Notes under the pieces: model-generated | The model's input: the letters and a program-made list of their open reading frames with translations, nothing else | What the model was told of the DNA's origin: nothing | Databases searched by the model: none | Virus record (IMG/VR): IMGVR_UViG_3300046507_000667 | Span: 185,348-249,347 of that record | Direction: 5' to 3' (one strand) | Length of the DNA stretch: 64,000 nucleotides | Shown here: one piece after another, positions 34,375 to 44,012 of the stretch | Layout: each line of letters begins with the position of its first letter | Position numbering within the stretch: the stretch's first letter is position 1 | Position numbers and translations under genes: made by a program

Positions 34375-36180
34375 ATGTCATACTCCGATGCTGAAAGCGC
34401 TTTGGGAATTAAGAATTTCCGAAGAGACCTAGCTGGTCTAGTATATCCATTATCTCAAATGAAGCCCATTGATTTCAATGTGGATGATAAAGATGATGAG
34501 AAAACATATAATGATCGCTTTAAACAAATTGCAGCTGCTCTTCGCTACTGTTTCAGTGCTGCTGGAGACATTGCAATTCGAGATAAGCGCTATCTAGCTA
34601 CATTTTTTGCTGGTTATGCTAATCCATTGACATCGAATACTTACAAGTATGCCGATAAGACAATGTATAAGAGCATGACTAACTTCGATTATAATGGAGT
34701 ACCCATTACATTTACCAAGCCAATGATTGAATATAGAATCAATACATTTGGCACTCTTGACTTCTCAGCAGTTTATACATGGGTCTTCAAGAATGGTAAG
34801 TTAATGGATCCAAGTCAGTATACTCTTTTGAATACTGCCTATGGTGTTAAGTGTTTTATTGCTGATACTTTAGTTGCTAATAATGATGAAATTAGTATCG
34901 TTATTAATCGCATCTATAACGTAAGTAAAGATCACTATACTTATACTTCAACAACAGCAGGTTCGTCATTAACACTGATCATTCCAGTAAGTCAGCTAGG
35001 TACTTTCTATCACCAGAAATACCTTAAGCTATTTATTGAACGTGGTAATGATCCTAAGTTATCATTCTATGAAATTGATCAAGCTAACTGTGATTGGCAG
35101 ATTGATGTAACTGGACAGAATGTAAAATTAGAGATTCGTAATCTTACTAGTGGTTCTACTGGACCATTCCGAGTAGGAGATATTTTCCATGTAGTCAACA
35201 CAGTCTACTTTTGGGAATATCATAATACTAATCTTACTACTCCTGCTACTGGTTCATGGACAGATACTAAGCAAGATGAGATTGAACTAATCGAAATTTA
35301 TAATGGTAGTAAATGGAGACCAGTTCCATTCTATTTCATTGAAGATTTTGATGTTTTCTTTGATGGTTTCTTACTAATTCCCGGTGAGCATTATACAATC
35401 ATCAAGGGTGGTAATGATTTCTCTACATATAAGATTAAATTCTTATTTACACCTGCTCCAGGTACCAAGCATTCTGTTCATATTTGGAAGAATGAAGCCT
35501 GTGCAGATGATAGAGACACCATCATTGTACGTTCAGATCTAGATTCTCATGGTATGGTAGTAGCCTCAGACTACACTGTTGTACCAGTAATGACAAATCT
35601 TGGTCATCCATTCCTAAATAATAAGTATATCGGTAACGCTCGTCTAGAAGAAAAGCATCGTCGTGTACTTCATGTGAATGATGTTACAGATACTACAAAT
35701 TTCAACTATAAAGTTCGTCTTTTAAATACAATTGACATTGAACAAGTAGTTGACTTTGTTGTAGATAATCTATCAGAATTCGACATTGTTGGTGAGTGGA
35801 TTGGTACTGATACTCTAGTAAATCAAATTTACGCTAATAAGTATCCCGCCATTACAGTTGATCCAAATAATAAGAGTTTTGAAGAAACTAATCCTACTTG
35901 GACTTTCTACGACGTTCTTACTGCAGCAGTTGAGCAATATCGTGTCATTAAAGCCTTCTATGAATCGAAGCTTAATGCATATACTGCTGGTGCTGGTAAT
36001 CTTAATACTAATACTACTTCGGTAGAAGCTCTAGGATTCCCATTAAGTAATATTGCTAGTGAACCTAATGATATTACTGGTAATGAGCTACTCGTTCTTG
36101 ACTCGAATATGGCACAGTCTGCTGCTATGGTTATCGATTCAAGTAAGATTTATAGTACAAGAACTACACCTATTAATTAA
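34375..36180 (+). CDS. Probable virion structural protein
   Basis: 601 aa, Thr/Asn/Tyr-rich with Ig-like segments (DVFFDGFLLIPGEHYTII); AACA-N6-TA at 34320. Confidence 0.55.
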   Translation: MSYSDAESALGIKNFRRDLAGLVYPLSQMKPIDFNVDDKDDEKTYNDRFKQIAAALRYCFSAAGDIAIRDKRYLATFFAGYANPLTSNTYKYADKTMYKSMTNFDYNGVPITFTKPMIEYRINTFGTLDFSAVYTWVFKNGKLMDPSQYTLLNTAYGVKCFIADTLVANNDEISIVINRIYNVSKDHYTYTSTTAGSSLTLIIPVSQLGTFYHQKYLKLFIERGNDPKLSFYEIDQANCDWQIDVTGQNVKLEIRNLTSGSTGPFRVGDIFHVVNTVYFWEYHNTNLTTPATGSWTDTKQDEIELIEIYNGSKWRPVPFYFIEDFDVFFDGFLLIPGEHYTIIKGGNDFSTYKIKFLFTPAPGTKHSVHIWKNEACADDRDTIIVRSDLDSHGMVVASDYTVVPVMTNLGHPFLNNKYIGNARLEEKHRRVLHVNDVTDTTNFNYKVRLLNTIDIEQVVDFVVDNLSEFDIVGEWIGTDTLVNQIYANKYPAITVDPNNKSFEETNPTWTFYDVLTAAVEQYRVIKAFYESKLNAYTAGAGNLNTNTTSVEALGFPLSNIASEPNDITGNELLVLDSNMAQSAAMVIDSSKIYSTRTTPIN

Positions 36181-36189
36181 GGAATAAAC

Positions 36190-37131
36190 ATGGCAGCTTT
36201 TCAAGATACTTATGTCTTTAAGCAAATTGGTCTAGGTATTAATCTAGATCGTATTGCAGAAATTAATTCAAATCTAGAAGCAGCTAAGATTAAACCTGCT
36301 GACCTTGAAGCCATTACATCTGATATTAAGCATAAGATCAATGTATATGGTAAAGAAGTTATTCTAGATGAACTAGAAACTGGCAAAACCATTATGGTAT
36401 ATGCTCCACGAGTTCAATTACCTGTGTGGGCATTAGTTGATCCAAAGGGTCAAGTTATTTCAGTAGCTAACGTATTTGGTGCTGCTAATTTTACACCAGA
36501 TAAGCCAGTTAATATTCAGCAACCACGTAAGATTTATACACTTGCTTTGATGGCCTACGTTGTTCGTAAGTTTTATGAATATCGTAAGCAGATTACTCAA
36601 AATAATCAATTTAATACTGCTGCTGGTAAGATTTACGTTCGATTCTTTGCTCGTATTCTTGATGTACTCTATACAGTATCATCAAGTCCAATCCAGATGT
36701 CAGGTGTTGAATTCGTTCTAGGTAAGTTCTTCTCACGTTACATTGTTGAACGTACAAACCTTTCACCAGACTTTGAAAATAACTTTGCTCATAGTATTAC
36801 AAGCAAAGGCCGTGATACAACTATCACTGCACTAATTGAAACTACTAAGGGTTTCACTGATGAAGATTATTCAAGCCTAGACAAGTTTGTAGCTGCTCTA
36901 GCTAGAGAATTTACTCTTCTTCGTCAGGCTGATACAAATACAATCCTACGTCGTTTCATCTCAATGTATGGTGAGAAATCACTATTAATGATTGAAAACT
37001 ACCAGTACTTCATTGGATATACTCTCTCAGCAGTATATTCAGGTAGCCTTATTAAAGACTTTGCATATGAGTCTACAATGGGTAATGATGGAGCAAAGGT
37101 AGCACAGCTTTATCTTAATATCGTTAAGTAA
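36190..37131 (+). CDS. Hypothetical protein, probably virion-associated
   Basis: 313 aa, AAGGA Shine-Dalgarno, same operon as the previous gene. Confidence 0.55.
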   Translation: MAAFQDTYVFKQIGLGINLDRIAEINSNLEAAKIKPADLEAITSDIKHKINVYGKEVILDELETGKTIMVYAPRVQLPVWALVDPKGQVISVANVFGAANFTPDKPVNIQQPRKIYTLALMAYVVRKFYEYRKQITQNNQFNTAAGKIYVRFFARILDVLYTVSSSPIQMSGVEFVLGKFFSRYIVERTNLSPDFENNFAHSITSKGRDTTITALIETTKGFTDEDYSSLDKFVAALAREFTLLRQADTNTILRRFISMYGEKSLLMIENYQYFIGYTLSAVYSGSLIKDFAYESTMGNDGAKVAQLYLNIVK

Positions 37132-37137
37132 ATTAAT

Positions 37138-37169
37138 TCCCTATACCTTCTGAAAAGAGGGTATAGGGG
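37138..37169. terminator. CCCTATAC-family bidirectional terminator
   Basis: Between convergent ORFs ending at 37131 (+) and 37242 (-). Confidence 0.85.
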
Positions 37170-37241
37170 TTATTTACAAAAAAAAAAGAAAGTAAAAGAA
37201 AAGGATCTAGAAACCCAAAGGCTCCTAGATCCATATATCAA

Positions 37242-38753
37242 TTACTTCTTCTTGAGAAACTTCATCAATGTATCAATATGCCCATCAATAACAGTTGATA
37301 CCGGGAACTTAGGAATCTCTGATTCTTTCTTATACAGATTCAGTTCAGCCTTATCCCTTGCATGATAGTTAGAGATATCGAAGAATGTCGAAGCGTGAAG
37401 AATAGCAGCATCTTCATAAGTCATCTTACTAAGACTATTGCTACGATTACGATCACATACATTGATAAACAGCGTACTATATGCTTGGTTAATTACATCA
37501 ATAATTAATTGCTTAGCCTTTACGTAACGACGACGGCAATCAAGCATTTCAAGCAGTGGTTGATAATCACTACCAATAATACATTCTTCGGCAAATGGAG
37601 CAAGTGTTACTGGAAGTACAATAGTAGGAATACCATAATCAGATACCAGACTATTGAAATAATAGTTTTCCGTAGCTAGCTGAGTATGCTTAAGGAAACT
37701 TACCTTCCTGCTATGCTTCTTAGTAATCCCATTAAGGTACATTTCACGCATTTCTTCCTTAATAGTTTCAATACTATCCTCTGCTTTAGAACACCATACA
37801 GAAGCAATCTGGACTAGAGCCTTACTAGCCTCAGTACCAAGATTAACGCCACGCTTACGAAGCTCCTTATAATATTTAAGATCACCAAGAGTTACATTAG
37901 CTACCTTATCCTTAAGAACGAATGCAAATTCCCTATCTTTCATTCGAGCCTTAAAGATGTCAACTAATTCATTCTTGAATTCAAAACTATCTAGACTATA
38001 TGGGACAAAGAGAGTATGCTGACCGTTGAGTACGTTAACATCATACAATCGATATAAGAGATTTTGAATTTCTTGAGCAGTATTATCATATTTCTCTAGG
38101 AATGAATCGACAATAGCTTCCATAATCATCCTATGGAGCATATTACCTTTATATCGAGTCTCACGAACTTCACTTGCTGGTAGAGCTAGGATATTATAAC
38201 CGAAATCCTTTACTACGATCACTTTAACCTCATCATCAATATCAAGACGATGATGATGAATGTAGTGATCAAGCAATACCTTAATGATACCTGGAACCTT
38301 CAATGCATGAATATAATCACGACCTAGCTTTTCAAGTTTAGCATAGTCAATCAGCTTACTCTTAGCTCGGTATTCATCAAAGGTAGTAATATCACCCTTA
38401 GCATCCAATCCCATAAAACGAAGAATAGCTCGCTCAATAAAGGGAATAGGATCTACTTTACCACAAGTAACGTGATCAATATATCGCAACAAGATTTCAA
38501 TATCGAATGTACGATTAAAGAAAGCTGTACGATTATCCCTATCTGATTCAAATGCTAGAATCTGAAGATTATCTGGATCTAGGTTAGTATGTTGTAATAC
38601 TGACTCCGAATAGTCTCCCAGATCCTTAAGGGTACGAAAATGTGTATCCCATAGAGCATATGTAATATCTACACCATCTACATTATTCAGGAAACTCCAC
38701 GGTGCTTTCTTAGTCGTCTTCTTTGCTGCAGGTTTAAAGTTTTTATCTGTCAT
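37242..38753 (-). CDS. Hypothetical protein
   Basis: 503-aa mostly helical ORF. Confidence 0.8.
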   Translation of the reverse strand: MTDKNFKPAAKKTTKKAPWSFLNNVDGVDITYALWDTHFRTLKDLGDYSESVLQHTNLDPDNLQILAFESDRDNRTAFFNRTFDIEILLRYIDHVTCGKVDPIPFIERAILRFMGLDAKGDITTFDEYRAKSKLIDYAKLEKLGRDYIHALKVPGIIKVLLDHYIHHHRLDIDDEVKVIVVKDFGYNILALPASEVRETRYKGNMLHRMIMEAIVDSFLEKYDNTAQEIQNLLYRLYDVNVLNGQHTLFVPYSLDSFEFKNELVDIFKARMKDREFAFVLKDKVANVTLGDLKYYKELRKRGVNLGTEASKALVQIASVWCSKAEDSIETIKEEMREMYLNGITKKHSRKVSFLKHTQLATENYYFNSLVSDYGIPTIVLPVTLAPFAEECIIGSDYQPLLEMLDCRRRYVKAKQLIIDVINQAYSTLFINVCDRNRSNSLSKMTYEDAAILHASTFFDISNYHARDKAELNLYKKESEIPKFPVSTVIDGHIDTLMKFLKKK

Positions 38754-38786
38754 GGTAAATAGTTTATTGATCTTTAATTATTTAGT

Positions 38787-40079
38787 TCAACGATATTGAC
38801 GAATGGCAGAATACAAAATAGAGGCATTCTGAAGGATTTTATTACGATCTGCAAAATCAATCAGTTTTGACAATAATTTTCGATAGCTACCACTCTGTAG
38901 GACATCATATAGATTCTCTGCCGGTACATTATCGCTCAAATGCTTATAAATATAGCGATATGAATTAATACTATGCTCTAGACCGTAAGTTTCTTTAAGT
39001 GGAATTAGATCCTTAATATAATTATCAATCAATTCCAGAATCTTATCTTTATTAAATACGTCTAGTACATGCTTACGGACAGTATTATCGAATGCTGCTG
39101 AGTGGTAAATCTTATGGTCAGTCAGTTTAGGATTTCGTTTCTTTGTCTCTACTAGATATTCGTCAATCAATGAAAGATGACTACCAATAGTCTCAAGTTC
39201 AATAATGAGTCTATTTACTGTGGCTTCAAAAATATAATTCGAAGAGTTATCAGAATCAATATCTTGATCTAGAAGCTGTTTACTAAGATTCAATAGATAA
39301 TCGTACTTACCCTGCAGATTTAGACCTGCATAATTCACTACCATTGGTTTGATTTCTTCTAGAATGGCTTCTGTAAGTTTACGATGGTTATACATCGTTT
39401 GATAATGCTTACGGAATTTATCTACTACTCCATCCTTAAGAACTACACAGTGCCAATTGTCCTTGAGCCAGAATTTCTTATCTTTGTTGGTGGCTACATT
39501 GAAGGCTGATTGAGAAATGATATTGAGTGTAGATGTACGGAACCTAGGTAGGGTTATGAATGGGGACTCTACTACCTTATCTACGATATATTTAGGAATA
39601 TAGAATTTGCAACGTTCATCTACTTCTAGAGTATTATTGATTGGATTATACTTGTAGATAAAGATTTGAAATTCATCACCGTATTCTTTGACAGGACCAG
39701 TTTCTCCTACGCTATGTGGCTGATAGGGACCGTATTCTAGGAATTCAGGAGTAGGAATACCGGAACCTAGAATCTTACTGATGAAGAGCGGATTGCTCTC
39801 CATGATATGCTTTTCTAGCATTTGAAGATTTTCAAGAGCATTGTGATAAGCGGCAATAGCTTTGGTACCTGACTTATTTTCCCATGCTTCTTTAATCTTA
39901 CCAGCGGCTAGTTCACTGAATGGAGCTAAGAGATCAGTCTTAGTCCAGATATAGGAACCTTTGAAGTTAGGCTTACCTTGACTGAAATCTAGTGCGATAT
40001 CTTGCTTAGTGTCAGTAAGCATTTCATTGATACGTTCTACTAGATGTGCAAGTTTAAAATTGTTAAATAGGTTTTTCAT
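38787..40079 (-). CDS. Hypothetical protein
   Basis: 430-aa ORF after an ATATATTAT motif. Confidence 0.8.
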   Translation of the reverse strand: MKNLFNNFKLAHLVERINEMLTDTKQDIALDFSQGKPNFKGSYIWTKTDLLAPFSELAAGKIKEAWENKSGTKAIAAYHNALENLQMLEKHIMESNPLFISKILGSGIPTPEFLEYGPYQPHSVGETGPVKEYGDEFQIFIYKYNPINNTLEVDERCKFYIPKYIVDKVVESPFITLPRFRTSTLNIISQSAFNVATNKDKKFWLKDNWHCVVLKDGVVDKFRKHYQTMYNHRKLTEAILEEIKPMVVNYAGLNLQGKYDYLLNLSKQLLDQDIDSDNSSNYIFEATVNRLIIELETIGSHLSLIDEYLVETKKRNPKLTDHKIYHSAAFDNTVRKHVLDVFNKDKILELIDNYIKDLIPLKETYGLEHSINSYRYIYKHLSDNVPAENLYDVLQSGSYRKLLSKLIDFADRNKILQNASILYSAIRQYR

Positions 40080-40235
40080 AATTAATCCTTAAGTGAATTG
40101 GATACTCAATTGTACTTCAAATATATAATATATGCACTAAGGATATTTCAAATTTACAAAAAAAAAAGATCCCGTTTTACCGGGATCGAAACCTTATCCT
40201 CGGGGTCTAGCCGATAGGACAGGCGTTATCATTCT

Positions 40236-40724
40236 TTAGGCTGCAACCGAGATCCACTTCTTGCTAACCATCTTATCGAACGTAAGACGATTGCCACGAG
40301 TGAATTCACCATGCGATTCAAAGCAACGATCCTTGATGAAGGATTCTTTATTGCTCACGAACTCTTCCAACTTCTTATAGAAGAATTCTGCTGCATGATT
40401 TTCTACGGTACGACCAGTTGCCATCGAAATCCAACCACGAGCCAGAAAACCTTGACGCTTCTTGGCTTCAATAGTCAATTGGAAAATGGCATTCAGCGGT
40501 TCGATTGCGATATGGTACATGCCGTCATCCTTCAATTCCTTGGTGACTCGGCAGACCATATTGTTGACTTCGAAGTAACCATGAAGCTTGCCTTTCATGA
40601 CGAGCTTCATGCACTTATCTGCCAACTTGAAATGGTTAATCGCATCTTTTTTCTTCTTGTCAACTTCCGGCTTTGCAGCAATGATAGCGAAAGTGGACTT
40701 AGCGATTTGGGCGATCTTCGACAT
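40236..40724 (-). CDS. Hypothetical basic protein
   Basis: 162 aa, AAGGA Shine-Dalgarno, followed by hairpins. Confidence 0.75.
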   Translation of the reverse strand: MSKIAQIAKSTFAIIAAKPEVDKKKKDAINHFKLADKCMKLVMKGKLHGYFEVNNMVCRVTKELKDDGMYHIAIEPLNAIFQLTIEAKKRQGFLARGWISMATGRTVENHAAEFFYKKLEEFVSNKESFIKDRCFESHGEFTRGNRLTFDKMVSKKWISVAA

Positions 40725-40823
40725 GATACTTTTTTCCTTTACGATTAATTAATATTAGAATCCACGATATATTTATTCGTGGTCATGAAGAAAATATATA
40801 CTTAAATCGCCCTTTGATACGCT

Positions 40824-41429
40824 TTATTGCACAATAAGATGATCTACTGTCTTATTGATAGTTACATTCATTTCAATATGAAGAATATTCATATCAATAG
40901 AATTAACAACTCGCTTCTTTTTAGCAGGTGCCTTAAAAGCTTGCTTAGGAGTTCCTGGTGTTAGAGCAATATCTGAATCTAGTTCATAGCCTTCACCTTC
41001 GTCATCATTCTGACTATGACGTTTTACAAGAGCTTTAATGATATCATCTTTTACAAAGGTATCATGTGCTATATGAAAATTCTGGAGTTCAACTTGAACA
41101 CCATCAATCAAAGCACGTTCTAGTACATCTCTAAAATTGTAAAGAATGATTGCAAAAACCTCAAAATTATCACGATAACCTTGAGTCCTTAGTTGGTCAT
41201 GAACTGACTCAATAATACGATTCCAATTATTGAGCCATTGTTCAGAACTAACATGCTTCGATAGTTGACGAAGAGTATGAGCAACTACTTGAATATTAGC
41301 ATTCAAACAATGATAACTATTATGCAAACGAAGATTGAATGTAATATTATTTACTGCATCTGATTCATCATGAGCAAAACTACCATTAGGCATTTCAATA
41401 GGCTTGAATGGAATTTGATTGTCAGACAT
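40824..41429 (-). CDS. Hypothetical protein
   Basis: 201-aa ORF. Confidence 0.75.
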   Translation of the reverse strand: MSDNQIPFKPIEMPNGSFAHDESDAVNNITFNLRLHNSYHCLNANIQVVAHTLRQLSKHVSSEQWLNNWNRIIESVHDQLRTQGYRDNFEVFAIILYNFRDVLERALIDGVQVELQNFHIAHDTFVKDDIIKALVKRHSQNDDEGEGYELDSDIALTPGTPKQAFKAPAKKKRVVNSIDMNILHIEMNVTINKTVDHLIVQ

Positions 41430-41446
41430 GATTTATTTCCTTAGAA

Positions 41447-41638
41447 TTAGAGATTAAAAATAATACCAGTAGATGCCATCATTACTGCAAGCTTAAGCAT
41501 CATTGGAGAATGCTTAATTTGTGGAAGATCTGTATGTTGTAAGCATTTTTCTTTAGGTTCAATCTTCCACATATAGCAATAACCCTCTGGATCATTACTA
41601 TTTCTATACTTACACGTTTCGCAATTATTTAAGACCAT
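41447..41638 (-). CDS. Small Cys-rich hypothetical protein
   Basis: Start moved to 41638 (MVLNNCETCKY..GYCYMW..EKCLQH). Confidence 0.55.
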   Translation of the reverse strand: MVLNNCETCKYRNSNDPEGYCYMWKIEPKEKCLQHTDLPQIKHSPMMLKLAVMMASTGIIFNL

Positions 41639-42398
41639 TTTTGAGTAGGAAACATTGTTCAGCATACTTACGAATAATATTGGCACCTTGCTCAGTCTGT
41701 TCTTTGCACTGCTGAACTAGATCATCTTTGAATCCGGATAGGTCATAAGTTGACCAAAATTCTGCACCAAAATGTCGGTACCCATTATCAACCTCATCTT
41801 GGGTTGGAATCCGACCATCTTGTGAAAAACCTGCCCAACCTAGTAGACGAATACGGCCCATCGTAAGCATAGCATCAAATAGCTGTGCATTACGGACAAT
41901 ATCATCTTCTTCTAGAACTCCAGGAATCTTTTCATCAAGATTCATTCCGGTAAGTTGGAATGCCTTGACTACTAGACCGTCTGAAATATCCATTGATCCA
42001 TCACCATGCTTAAAAGCTTTAGCCATATTAGCACGCATGGCCAGATCTTTCATAATTAGCATAAGTAGTTCAGACATTTCTTGTTCTGGAGTCTTACCTG
42101 CTGATACGAATGACATAGCACCGAACCAACGAGTAATCAGACGTGAGAAGATACGTCCATCTGGAAGCTTATAAGAAATGGTGATTGGGTAATCGCTTTT
42201 ATCTTGACGATCTGATTCAGATGTAACACAAACGATCTGATATTCTTTACCAGATTTGTCATGCTTCCACCAATATCCTGGCTTTAGATAAGCTAGGTCA
42301 TACTCATGACTATTATCTTCGGCATCTTGAACTGTAACTAGTTCAGCAGCAAGCTTAGGACGAAAACGAGGATAAGGTGCTTTGAATTCTTTTTTCAT
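41625..42398 (-). CDS. Hypothetical protein with N-terminal DUF1653-like SH3-type domain
   Basis: PGYWWKHDKSGKEYQIV...ISYK..DGRIFSR pattern. Confidence 0.55.
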   Translation of the reverse strand: MKKEFKAPYPRFRPKLAAELVTVQDAEDNSHEYDLAYLKPGYWWKHDKSGKEYQIVCVTSESDRQDKSDYPITISYKLPDGRIFSRLITRWFGAMSFVSAGKTPEQEMSELLMLIMKDLAMRANMAKAFKHGDGSMDISDGLVVKAFQLTGMNLDEKIPGVLEEDDIVRNAQLFDAMLTMGRIRLLGWAGFSQDGRIPTQDEVDNGYRHFGAEFWSTYDLSGFKDDLVQQCKEQTEQGANIIRKYAEQCFLLKNGLK

Positions 42399-42403
42399 GA
42401 TTA

Positions 42404-42814
42404 TTAATCTGGAAGATATGAAACGTGAATGTAAATGGTAACTCGCGCTTTCTTGGTATCTGCTAATTCTTCTATACGAAATGAGTAATCACACTCATTG
42501 ATGATATAACCTTCTTTATGGAATACTGACTTTACCTTTTTATCAAGCATTTCTTTTACTGCAGTTTCAATGATGTCAATACTATCTTCAATAGTCTCTT
42601 CATGACTGAGATCAAGAGACATAACCTCTAAAAATCCATCAGAGACATTGCAAATAAATTCAAGTTGAATATCTCTCGAATAATTATCCAATGCAATATC
42701 TTTTTGCTTACGCCATTCACGCTCAAACTTCATTTGGAAGTCTGAAAGAACACAGGTACGCTTTTCGTATTCTTCAGCAAGTTCTTTTGCTGATTGAATG
42801 AAATATAGGTCCAT
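42404..42814 (-). CDS. Hypothetical protein
   Basis: 136-aa acidic ORF. Confidence 0.7.
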   Translation of the reverse strand: MDLYFIQSAKELAEEYEKRTCVLSDFQMKFEREWRKQKDIALDNYSRDIQLEFICNVSDGFLEVMSLDLSHEETIEDSIDIIETAVKEMLDKKVKSVFHKEGYIINECDYSFRIEELADTKKARVTIYIHVSYLPD

Positions 42815-42819
42815 TTTTA

Positions 42820-43188
42820 TTATTCCTTACTAATAAGAAGACGTGAGCTAAGCCAATCAATCTGAAATACCATTGGAACCTTTGGATCATCTTTAATCTT
42901 AACTCCGATAATTCGTTGATCAAGTTCATGAGGTATATTTACAAAACTAATTATTTCTGGTTGAAATTCCTTACCAACTTTACTAAGCTTTGGATCATCT
43001 ACAATATCTTTAAGGCGTTGAATTGCATCTCCGATAACATCCATCTGAGGACGATATCCTAGAACTTCTGTAATGAAATGATGAAGGGTATTAATATCTT
43101 CAACCGGATCGTAATTAGTAGACATTTTAAAATGTATAAGAAAAAGAAATGAGACTATCAAGAAAAAATTAGGTGAAATTATTTTCAC
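42820..43188 (-). CDS. Hypothetical protein
   Basis: 122-aa ORF; true start probably at MSTNY. Confidence 0.65.
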   Translation of the reverse strand: MKIISPNFFLIVSFLFLIHFKMSTNYDPVEDINTLHHFITEVLGYRPQMDVIGDAIQRLKDIVDDPKLSKVGKEFQPEIISFVNIPHELDQRIIGVKIKDDPKVPMVFQIDWLSSRLLISKE

Positions 43189-43203
43189 CTAATCTTATAT
43201 CAT

Positions 43204-43899
43204 TTAACAAGCTTCAAGTTTCATTTCATCTTTATCGATGATCATGACACCTGATGAAAGAACGGCGCAAATTGACATTCGTACGTGATTAGCCTCATCT
43301 TTATTTATTAGCTGTGCATCATCACGATTTTCAGACCATCCAACAATGCTATTTTCAATACCTGTATAGTATCGGCGACCAAATTTAAGGGTCACATATT
43401 GATCTGCAAAGACTTGGATACGAGCTTTCCACAATTCAAAGTGATCATAACGCGCATTACTATTATATTGGAAGATTAGGCTGTCGTAATCACTTAGTCC
43501 AGTAGTTCCAAAGATATCAGTAATATCATTGAAATTGATATGGAATATATCAGCAAGAGCATCATATCCATCGCCGGAAGATGGTACTTTATCTTGATTG
43601 GGTCTACCAAGTACAATAATCTTTCCAGCATTTTCAGGCGATAATGCATCATAAGGAGCAACATAAAGCTTTAGACCACGTTGTTGCCACTTTTTAAATT
43701 GAGCTAACCAACCTGCAGCACAAGCCACTGTACCACATACAGGTTCTTCAGCATCTGCAATCTTTTCTTGTTCTTCTTTTGAAAGTCTTTGATCAACCCA
43801 TTGATTGAGCCAAAGCTTCTTACCTTTCTCAATAAGTGGGGTAATATCAGCTACAGCTTCACGTAGAAGAGAGATTGTGCTGAAATAGTAAGTCATCAT
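43204..43899 (-). CDS. Hypothetical protein with CGTVACAAGW motif
   Basis: Motif recalled from many uncharacterised phage proteins. Confidence 0.7.
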   Translation of the reverse strand: MMTYYFSTISLLREAVADITPLIEKGKKLWLNQWVDQRLSKEEQEKIADAEEPVCGTVACAAGWLAQFKKWQQRGLKLYVAPYDALSPENAGKIIVLGRPNQDKVPSSGDGYDALADIFHINFNDITDIFGTTGLSDYDSLIFQYNSNARYDHFELWKARIQVFADQYVTLKFGRRYYTGIENSIVGWSENRDDAQLINKDEANHVRMSICAVLSSGVMIIDKDEMKLEAC

Positions 43900-43976
43900 A
43901 ATACTTTTCCTTAAGTATTAAAATATTAATGGTTACTTCACTAAAATAATATATCCCTAAAATAACCATTAATAAC

Positions 43977-44006
43977 TCCCCTAACCCTCTTTTGAAGGTT
44001 AGGGGA
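43977..44006 (-). terminator. CCCTAACC variant hairpin terminator
   Basis: TCCCCTAACC...GGTTAGGGGA after ligA. Confidence 0.8.
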
Positions 44007-44012
44007 TTATGA

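Noticed and set aside
40311-40748. 145-aa plus-strand ORF
   Set aside because: Antisense to 40236..40724, which has the Shine-Dalgarno sequence and terminator
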